DNA of 64,000 nucleotides, taken from positions 1 through 64,000 of IMG/VR virus record IMGVR_UViG_3300027788_001769. One strand, written 5' to 3'. Source of the DNA: a virus. A program made the translations under genes and the position numbers. The notes under the pieces were generated by a model. The model saw only the letters and a program-made list of their open reading frames with translations. It was not told the DNA's origin and searched no databases. Positions 49,001 through 55,704 of the stretch are shown here, piece by piece (the stretch's first letter is position 1; every line of letters begins with the position of its first letter).

Positions 49001-49728
49001 TATTTTGTTATTAATTCATCTATTGTTGGTACAATTACTGATGGTAAGTGAGTAGAGTACCAATCGTTACCCAGTGGTTGCATTGACCCATTAGCGAAAG
49101 TAGTTAATGGACCGGAAGTTATTGATGTTCCAGACCAATAAGTTGGTACATTAGTTACCAAATAAGAAACTGGAGTTTTACCACTTGCTCCATAACAAGA
49201 AGTTTGTCCAGAACCTTTGTAGTAATAACCTTGTTGGTCTACAATATCATATTGTGTATCACCTGTTTGGTAATATCCTTGACCTGGGAAAACCCTTGTC
49301 TCTCCAGATAGTGTTGAGAAACCTGGTACGTACGCATTATTCCATGAGGTACATTGTGATTGTATTGTATCACAATTTACATTACCCCTAGTCAATATAG
49401 ACCACGAAGGCCCAGCATCAAAACCAGAATAACCAAGTACCCTAGTAACAAATAGTTGATTTGATTGTTGTAAATATGCTTTCGCAATATATGATAGTTC
49501 ATATTTTGGTATTTGTGTTTCAACGTACTTTTCAGTACTAGTAGTACCGAAGTAAGTTTGAAACTCACCATATGAACTTATTAAAATAGGTTCAAACGCT
49601 GGACCTTGTAAAGTCTCACCCGCTAAACCTAATGTTGTAACACCTACACTTTGTGCTACGAAACTTAAATCTTTCTCCGACGTGTAAACACCCGGAGAAA
49701 CAAATACTTTGTTAGAATTACTCGCCAT
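46096..49728 (-). CDS. Contractile tail sheath protein (T4 gp18-like) with large insertions
   Basis: FVSPGVYTSEKDLS, GETLQGPAFEP, YYPWV, PWFASAGYTRG, RDTLYAGRINPI, WGNKTLQ, LDRINVRRLL, FEQND, IYIKPTRSLEFI. Confidence 0.95.
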   Translation of the reverse strand: MASNSNKVFVSPGVYTSEKDLSFVAQSVGVTTLGLAGETLQGPAFEPILISSYGEFQTYFGTTSTEKYVETQIPKYELSYIAKAYLQQSNQLFVTRVLGYSGFDAGPSWSILTRGNVNCDTIQSQCTSWNNAYVPGFSTLSGETRVFPGQGYYQTGDTQYDIVDQQGYYYKGSGQTSCYGASGKTPVSYLVTNVPTYWSGTSITSGPLTTFANGSMQPLGNDWYSTHLPSVIVPTIDELITKYDGSTTTLRQDLNSFFYALYNNFSHPSATCATGTTPCLTNLTGTSLAYQYGVSNFDVGNPSSGNTWPAPVINSSGGFIDDTFWAAFSGVTSNRLNSQYNPNGYADSPFCDAGSNTNQNDSWEYTFFDYVDGAYTGVSMTIGVDLANGAVQDASTVSATNLYTGSTSMTFTYWSAATYCDFDNQVVATFRSRGVSTLGSGGPEYRVTGTTNVTFVCTGSTYDDVLTNPFSTFAIDVTDRENRGFRFDTNMAPTDKKFLKKVFGVQPFDKDMLEVPIFVEESYPNMLTHAYKKGYVRGLQCTLLNLPEFRNANNTNTIGFYQEQWQTPVTPYVVSELRGSKVYKLFRAVSVADGNAANTAIKISIINISLERAEFDLIVRSYYDTDSSPTVLEKYTRCSMNPSLNSYVGQKIGTVNGDYELKSRYIMLDMDPELEMDNNLWDAVPCGFEGYISRSYDSMRSPTLYYKTKYDAPGDVIYDPPFGTTAGLTNRSLSSGDKIRTTYLGISDVAPGAYDDDFFQYKGKQAPTNACNDSSGDDWACLTQGFHLDSGATCSQHSELCAHILCGCPYGSTASSATTDQFAVGDAPFTQEPTNIGSPYYKLQSRKFTFMPYGGFDGWDIYRKFRTNGDSYIRGKSGFLNGACSTTQFPGATGDGSFKFLTKTPWGEAGYFATTDYYAYLFGIRTFRNPEAVNINVFSTPGIDYVNNSNLVEESIEMVVGERADSLYVCTTPDFNVFVSSPSDPSNIIQPTEAVDNLDNTGIDSNYTATYYPWVLHNDTENNTRIWLPPTYDVMRNIALTDNISFPWFASAGYTRGIVNAVKARKKLTLDERDTLYAGRINPIATFSDVGTIIWGNKTLQARESALDRINVRRLLLQARKLISSVSVKLVFEQNDEQVRNEFLDLVNPILDSIRRERGLTDFRVVVSDDPQLIDQNTLEGKIYIKPTRSLEFISVEFLITPTGASFENI

Positions 49729-49837
49729 TTCTCTTATTATTTTTAGTTATTATTATTATTCGATTTTTAAATAAATATTATGACCAGACTCAAAAGCATT
49801 AACTAAAATAACTAAATAATTAATGTGTGGGAAAAAA

Positions 49838-49866
49838 GTCATACTTTTGTCATACTTATTGGTATG
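49838..49866 (+). promoter_or_regulatory. Direct repeat GTCATACTT x2 (11-bp period), putative operator of the RHH gene
   Basis: Copies at 49838-49846 and 49849-49857, plus an inverted GTATG half-site overlapping the ATG at 49864. Confidence 0.5.
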
Positions 49867-50025
49867 GAACACCCCAAAAGAGTAAAAAATATCAAGATAA
49901 CGCCAAAAACCCATAATATTTTAAAATCGTATTGTGATAAAAATGCTTTAAAGATGTTTGCTTTTGTTGAGAAGTTAATAATGGATAAGTGTAAACCTAA
50001 ACCAGACATATACGGTGATAGTTAA
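49864..50025 (+). CDS. Small ribbon-helix-helix-like DNA-binding protein
   Basis: MEHPKRVKNIKITPKTHNILKSYCDKNALKMFAFVEKLI fits a beta-helix-helix pattern; ATG at 49864 preferred over GTG at 49825. Confidence 0.6.
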   Translation: MEHPKRVKNIKITPKTHNILKSYCDKNALKMFAFVEKLIMDKCKPKPDIYGDS

Positions 50026-51350
50026 TTAAAGTCAACCGAGAAGGTCAAGCACGACTCTTTATATGGGTCTATCTTAACAATGTTAAACGCAAGTGTTTGT
50101 CCTTTTAAAACATAATATACTGTAAATTTAGCGGCCGGTGTGTTAACACCGTCTATAGTTATAGAACAAGAAGTTATGTTAGTCATCTCTATAATTTGTA
50201 AATTACCATTATACATAAACACTTTACTACCATCTGTTTCTTGTGGTGGACCAATCTCTACAGTAGGTGTACTAGTATAACCTGAGCCCATAAATGTAAC
50301 ATCTATAGAAGTAACTGACTTATTAGTAACCACAGCTGTAGCTGTTGCTGCTGATATAGCTGGAATACCACCACCCAATAAAGTAACAGACGGTACACTT
50401 GAATACCCTGAACCAGTAATGTCTACAGTTATACCAGTAACCGAACCTCCGGAAATTATCGCTGTAGCACTCGCGGTAGTTCCAGAAGCAAAACAAACTA
50501 CCTCTGTAAAAGGACCTTCTGGATTTTCTTCTGTTGGTGGGGACTTTCTTTTTTTTGTTCTGGTGTCTACTTCTGTTAAAACTATAGACCTAGAGATTGC
50601 CGGTGTAACTTCAAACTCTTCACCGTCTATTAAAAATCCCTGTAATTGTAAATTGTAATTTTGGTTATAGAATCTTCTTTTTTCAAGATTACTTAATTGG
50701 CTTTCATCACTTATAGTCTGCATTATTATAGGAATGTAGTGTCCCTTAACAAAAGTATATGCCTGTCTAGAGGTGAAAGTTTGCAACATTACCTTATTAA
50801 AGTGATTTAACTCCCTCATTCGGTTACAAACAATTTTTATATCATAACTAATATCGATAGGTACCGGTTGTGGTATTTTATATAAATCCATTCCTTTTCT
50901 TTGCCCGTCCCAAGTTGGTACTTTGGCATAATGGAAAGCCCTCCTATCTGGTATAGTGTAATTTAAAGCTGGGTTTGTACCATACTGTGGGTCCGGTTGT
51001 CTAACTACCACTAAAAACGGAAGGTCTACCTGCCTGTCATCATCAACAAAACTCCAAGTATTTGAAAACTCTGCCCACCTCTGAACTGTAAGTATTTGGT
51101 CTATAAAATTTATACTTTTACCATCAATTTGTATTCTTAGTCGTTCCTTAACAAAATCTAACATACCTAAATCCAAATCTTCATGTAATACACTTTTAGG
51201 TAAAAAGGTACCATCTTTACTAATAAATTCTTCTAATTGTTTTCTTCTTTTAGGTGTGGACATGCCATCATATCCAGAGGGGTAATGAGGTTGATTCCTA
51301 ACTACCGGATACATGTTTAGTGTTTTTTTAACTTTTTTAGGTAGAGCCAT
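50022..51350 (-). CDS. Tail completion / sheath terminator protein (T4 gp15-like) with a C-terminal beta-repeat extension
   Basis: PQPVPIDISYDIKIVC...MRELN; adjacent to the sheath and neck genes; two ATATA..V..I.V...GSGY.S.P.V repeats. Confidence 0.6.
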   Translation of the reverse strand: MALPKKVKKTLNMYPVVRNQPHYPSGYDGMSTPKRRKQLEEFISKDGTFLPKSVLHEDLDLGMLDFVKERLRIQIDGKSINFIDQILTVQRWAEFSNTWSFVDDDRQVDLPFLVVVRQPDPQYGTNPALNYTIPDRRAFHYAKVPTWDGQRKGMDLYKIPQPVPIDISYDIKIVCNRMRELNHFNKVMLQTFTSRQAYTFVKGHYIPIIMQTISDESQLSNLEKRRFYNQNYNLQLQGFLIDGEEFEVTPAISRSIVLTEVDTRTKKRKSPPTEENPEGPFTEVVCFASGTTASATAIISGGSVTGITVDITGSGYSSVPSVTLLGGGIPAISAATATAVVTNKSVTSIDVTFMGSGYTSTPTVEIGPPQETDGSKVFMYNGNLQIIEMTNITSCSITIDGVNTPAAKFTVYYVLKGQTLAFNIVKIDPYKESCLTFSVDFN

Positions 51351-51351
51351 A

Positions 51352-51867
51352 TTAGATTCCTTTAAATTCGTTTTCTGAAGTTGGGGTACACACTACAGTT
51401 CTATAAAATGGTTTATATCCACCAATGGTATGTGAATTATCATTTGCTATTTTACCATCATTAGCAACAACAAAGTATCTTGTTTTGTCTTCTGTTTCTG
51501 GGTAACCAATATAATCACCATAACTTATATCTACCCCTAGTTCTTTTAAATGTTTAATATAGACACTTAAGGTTAAGTTGCCACTCTCTATATATCTCAT
51601 AATTCCACCAGCATAACTATCATTCACTGGTTGTTCTATTTTTACTAATGCCTTAATCTCTACAGGTGGATAATAACGTATTTCCTCTGGTAAAGCTTCA
51701 CCGTAGACCCTATCACCTACAGTCTTTTCTCTATCTACCCTAAATAAAACTAAAGTAAAATTAAGGTTACCATGTAAGTATTCCATGCCTATTCGTTCAT
51801 GAAGATTCATATCCTCACTTCCGAAAAACTTATTTATTCTTGTTATTGGTACCCTATTTTTTGCCAT
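51352..51867 (-). CDS. Neck / head-closure protein (T4 gp14-like)
   Basis: VLFRVD...VYGEA...PPVEIKALV...GDYIGY; neck-module context. Confidence 0.6.
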   Translation of the reverse strand: MAKNRVPITRINKFFGSEDMNLHERIGMEYLHGNLNFTLVLFRVDREKTVGDRVYGEALPEEIRYYPPVEIKALVKIEQPVNDSYAGGIMRYIESGNLTLSVYIKHLKELGVDISYGDYIGYPETEDKTRYFVVANDGKIANDNSHTIGGYKPFYRTVVCTPTSENEFKGI

Positions 51868-51884
51868 AAAACGTCTTTATACTT

Positions 51885-51892
51885 TATAAATA
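51885..51892 (-). promoter_or_regulatory. TATTTATA box (putative late promoter)
   Basis: 17 nt upstream of the gp14-like start. Confidence 0.6.
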
Positions 51893-51931
51893 CTTAGATA
51901 ATGGTTATAATTATTTGTTAAATTATTTAGT

Positions 51932-53665
51932 TTGGATATACAGATACCAGAAAAGAAAGCTATGAATATTTTGGCCTCATATAATGGAGCCAACAATTAT
52001 ATATTGGATATAAGGGAAAAAAGTAATAGTAAATACTATAAATTAGGTCGCTCTCAATCAGAGTACATAATAAAGTATTTTAATGATGTGCCCAAAATAG
52101 CCAGAAAATGGGTGGATATCGACACATATTACGGAGACCAACTACAAGAACAAAAAATATTACCAAAAAAACCTAATAAGATTTGGGTGGAAAAGATATT
52201 GGTACAAAAAGACAAGTCTTTCCATATCTGGGGAAGGGTGATTGAATCTGAAAAACTTTATGCCTTCTGGGTACCAAAATCCCAACTTATACCAGACAAT
52301 AAAGAAAAAATAGAAGTTAACTATCAAGAATTTTCTCATCGTCCACCACTAGAACACCAAAAAGAAGCCATAGAAAAGTTAATAAGTAACAAAAAATTTA
52401 TATTGGCTGACGATATGGGGTTAGGCAAAACTACCGCTGCTGTTATAGCGGCCATAGTTACTAAATCAAAAAAAATACTAGTTATTTGTCCAGCTTCATT
52501 AAAACTTAACTGGAAAAGAGAGATTGAGAACTATAGTAAAGAAAAAATAAGTATTATAGAGGGTAAAAAATGGGAGGATGGAAAATATGTGATAATAAAC
52601 TATGACATATTAAAAAACTTTCACTCACCTAAAGATAAAAATAACACAATAATAAATTCGGGGTTTGATTTGATAATTGTGGATGAAGCACACTACATAT
52701 CAAACAGTAAAGCACAAAGAACAAAAATAGCTAATGGAATAATCGATGTCTCAGAAAGAGCGTGGTTACTGTCTGGAACACCAATGACATCAAGACCAAT
52801 TAATTATTATAACTTACTTAAGTTAGTTGAGAGTAGGGTTTCGGTAAATTGGATTGGTTACGTTACCAGGTATTGTGATGGAAAACAATTTAGGGGTCCT
52901 GGTGGTAGAAAAATATGGAATGTAAGTGGTTCTTCTAACTTAGAAGAATTAAGAGACAGAACAAAAAATAAAGTACTTAGGAGGTTAAAAGAAGATGTAA
53001 TTGATTTACCGGATAAAATAATCACACCAATATACCTAGAACTTAGTTCTTATGAGTATAAAAAAGAAATGGGGGATTATTTAAGTTGGTCTGATGATAG
53101 TCAAGAACAAAACCTGGCGATTCATTTAGCTAAACTAATGAAAGTTAGACAAATTATTGCTAATGAAAAAATAAAAATAACTTGTGACCTAATAGAACAG
53201 TCTCTAGACCAAGAAAAAAAAGTAATTGTATTTACAAATTTTACTAAACCTTTAATGGATATGTACGAAAAATTTAAAGATGTTTCAGTTGTATTACATG
53301 GGTCAATGAAAAAAGAAGATAGACAAGAAAGTGTGGATAAGTTCCAAACAGACCCAAACACCAAAGTGTTTATATCAAATTTAAAATCTGGTGGTGTGGG
53401 GATTACCTTGACTGAGGCTGAAGTGGTAATTATGAACGATTTAAGTTTTGTACCTTCCGACCACTCACAGGCTGAAGACAGGGCTTTTAGAATAGGTCAA
53501 AAGAAAAATGTTTCTTGTATCTACCCTATTTATGAAAACACTATAGAACAAACCATATATACTATTTTACAAAATAAAAAGAATATTATCGATACGGTAA
53601 TGGGAGACAACATAAATGACGAGGATATTCTTTCTGCTATACTTAACGAGTTAAACATTAATTAA
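51932..53665 (+). CDS. SNF2-family helicase/translocase (HARP/SMARCAL1-like)
   Basis: ILADDMGLGKT, ICPASLKLNW, IVDEAH, LSGTP, GVGITLT, QAEDRAFRIGQ. Confidence 0.92.
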   Translation: MDIQIPEKKAMNILASYNGANNYILDIREKSNSKYYKLGRSQSEYIIKYFNDVPKIARKWVDIDTYYGDQLQEQKILPKKPNKIWVEKILVQKDKSFHIWGRVIESEKLYAFWVPKSQLIPDNKEKIEVNYQEFSHRPPLEHQKEAIEKLISNKKFILADDMGLGKTTAAVIAAIVTKSKKILVICPASLKLNWKREIENYSKEKISIIEGKKWEDGKYVIINYDILKNFHSPKDKNNTIINSGFDLIIVDEAHYISNSKAQRTKIANGIIDVSERAWLLSGTPMTSRPINYYNLLKLVESRVSVNWIGYVTRYCDGKQFRGPGGRKIWNVSGSSNLEELRDRTKNKVLRRLKEDVIDLPDKIITPIYLELSSYEYKKEMGDYLSWSDDSQEQNLAIHLAKLMKVRQIIANEKIKITCDLIEQSLDQEKKVIVFTNFTKPLMDMYEKFKDVSVVLHGSMKKEDRQESVDKFQTDPNTKVFISNLKSGGVGITLTEAEVVIMNDLSFVPSDHSQAEDRAFRIGQKKNVSCIYPIYENTIEQTIYTILQNKKNIIDTVMGDNINDEDILSAILNELNIN

Positions 53666-53695
53666 AATATTTATGGGTATATAGTTATTAAAATA

Positions 53696-53703
53696 TATTT
53701 ATA
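53696..53703 (+). promoter_or_regulatory. TATTTATA box (putative late promoter)
   Basis: 11 nt upstream of the gp13-like start. Confidence 0.55.
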
Positions 53704-53714
53704 AATAAAAACGT

Positions 53715-54827
53715 ATGTCATCAGGAATAGACCCAACAGAAAGAAATAAATTATTTACCCAACTAAGACACCAGTTAGGGGCACCTATTATTGGTGTGGA
53801 ATTAGAAGATGAGATGTTAGACTCTCTTTTAGAGCTTGCAATTCAAGATTACGCTATGTATGTCCAAGATTGGTTAATTGAGAACCAGTGGTCTTCTTTA
53901 TATGGGATAAATGTAGATGAGGCTGATTTAGCTAGAGCATTTACAACTAGGAGTTTAGATTGGGAAACTTCATTCACTTACGCATATTCTAAAATTGTTG
54001 GTTTACAAGCTGGAGGTCCTTGGCAATTAAAAAAGGATTTTATTACTCTGGTAAAAGACCAACAGATATACCAAATACCAGCCGGTAGAGAAATAAACGA
54101 AGTTTTATGGTACACCAGACCTGAATTAGACCAATCATTTATCGACCCATTTATGGGTGGTGCTGGTGGAATGGGTGGAATGGGAGGTGGAATGGGAATG
54201 GCTCAAATGGGTATTGTTGGGTCTTACTATATGATGCCTGCTTATGATATACTACTTAGAATGGGTGATAGGAACCTTAAAAATAGATTGATTGGTGGTG
54301 AATTAACCTATAGAATTACTGCTGGACCTGAAGGGTCAAAGTTTCTTCACTTATATAATGTACCTGGTGGTAATTTTGATTTTAGTAATAAATTAATGAA
54401 AAGTGATAGAGTTTGGTATTGGTATTACGATATAGATGGTGATGTTGACGATTGTTATAGACAAAACCCTGACATTATTAGGTTACCTTCTGATGTTCCT
54501 TTACAAGATATAGAATGGTACGAATTAAATTCAGCTGCGAAAGCGTGGGCTAGAAGATATTTTACCGCATTAGCCAAAGAAACCTTGGGTAGGGTTAGGG
54601 GTAAATTTAGTGGTGCATTAAAAATACCAGATAGTGAGTTAACAATGGATTACTCAAGTCTGTCTTCGGAGGCTATAGACGAAAAATCTAGATTAATAGA
54701 AGAATTAACCGGTAGATTAGAAAGGTTACGTCAAGATAAGATGATGGAAAGGAAAGCTAACGAAGCTGAAAACCTAAATAAATCATTACAGTATCGTCCA
54801 TTTCAGGACCCTTATAACGTAATTTAA
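53715..54827 (+). CDS. Neck protein / head-tail adaptor (T4 gp13-like)
   Basis: QLGAPIIGVELEDEML, WARRYFTALAKETLGRVRGKF...LTMDYSSL...E; internal GGM-rich loop. Confidence 0.75.
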   Translation: MSSGIDPTERNKLFTQLRHQLGAPIIGVELEDEMLDSLLELAIQDYAMYVQDWLIENQWSSLYGINVDEADLARAFTTRSLDWETSFTYAYSKIVGLQAGGPWQLKKDFITLVKDQQIYQIPAGREINEVLWYTRPELDQSFIDPFMGGAGGMGGMGGGMGMAQMGIVGSYYMMPAYDILLRMGDRNLKNRLIGGELTYRITAGPEGSKFLHLYNVPGGNFDFSNKLMKSDRVWYWYYDIDGDVDDCYRQNPDIIRLPSDVPLQDIEWYELNSAAKAWARRYFTALAKETLGRVRGKFSGALKIPDSELTMDYSSLSSEAIDEKSRLIEELTGRLERLRQDKMMERKANEAENLNKSLQYRPFQDPYNVI

Positions 54828-54828
54828 A

Positions 54829-55704
54829 ATGGGATATGATTATTTAGGACAAAGTGGTCTAAGAACAAGAACTGACTTTTCTAGGCAAATTTACCAAAAC
54901 AGGTGTACTACAGCTACAATGTCTGGGTCAACTAACATAGGTGATAATTTAAGAGCTAACTGGTATAGTGCTGACACATATAACTTTACTGTAAGTGCAA
55001 CTACTGGTTCAACAGTGGTATTCGCGTTAAATCAACAACCTAATTTAAATACCTGGGCATCTTCTGTACAGATAAACCCAAACCAAATACCCACAGCAGA
55101 CAATTTAGATTTACAAATTGACCCCGCAACTGGTGAGGTAACAAAACACTCCTCATCATTAAGGTACAAATATGATGTGGAAGTTTTGCCTTTTTCATCG
55201 TACTCTAAATTACTACAATTAGAACCTAAGAAATTTAAATGGACACATAACGGCCAAGAAAGTATTGGTTTGATTGCTGAGGAAGTAGATTCTTTGGGGT
55301 TAAAAGATTTTGTTCATTACGATTCTGAAGGTAAACCAGATGGTGTTAAATACAAACTTTTAGCTGTTGGGTTAATGGGTGTGTTAAAAAATGGGTTACT
55401 TGACGGACTAATAAACTCTGATGAGTCAGATAAAAAATCAATTAAAATTATCAATGAAGACTATACGACCAATAAAGAAGATTATCTAATAGTTAAAGGT
55501 GAGAATAGTAAAATAACTTTAATAGGTGAAGAAGGGTATAAAGTTTATATAAAATCTATGGTAGAATGTTTAGTTAAAACTTCAGTAGGTTTAATAGATG
55601 ACAATTGGGGGTCATTACAACTAGGTTCAGAAAGTTGTATAGAACTTATTTTCACAGAAGGTTCTTGGTACATATTATCATCAGACGGTATTAAGAATTC
55701 CTAA
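54829..55704 (+). CDS. Protein with an internal peptidase S74-like (intramolecular chaperone) domain and an extra C-terminal domain
   Basis: SSLRYKYDV...LLQLEPKKFKW...IGLIAEEV...GVKYKLL, followed by about 90 further residues. Confidence 0.7.
   Translation: MGYDYLGQSGLRTRTDFSRQIYQNRCTTATMSGSTNIGDNLRANWYSADTYNFTVSATTGSTVVFALNQQPNLNTWASSVQINPNQIPTADNLDLQIDPATGEVTKHSSSLRYKYDVEVLPFSSYSKLLQLEPKKFKWTHNGQESIGLIAEEVDSLGLKDFVHYDSEGKPDGVKYKLLAVGLMGVLKNGLLDGLINSDESDKKSIKIINEDYTTNKEDYLIVKGENSKITLIGEEGYKVYIKSMVECLVKTSVGLIDDNWGSLQLGSESCIELIFTEGSWYILSSDGIKNS

Noticed and set aside
9742-51867. Bacterial extracellular contractile injection system or tailocin rather than a phage
   Set aside because: Neck proteins and a phage replisome (PolB, helicase, UvsX, SSB, RNR) are interleaved with the tail genes, and no host housekeeping genes are present.
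53700-53707. Canonical T4 late promoter TATAAATA on the coding strand before the gp13-like gene
   Set aside because: It overlaps a TATTTATA box and is a single case; all other sites have the opposite orientation, so it is treated as coincidental.
54150-54215. GGM-rich tract resembling the GroEL C-terminal tail
   Set aside because: It is a low-complexity internal loop of the neck protein with no other chaperonin features.
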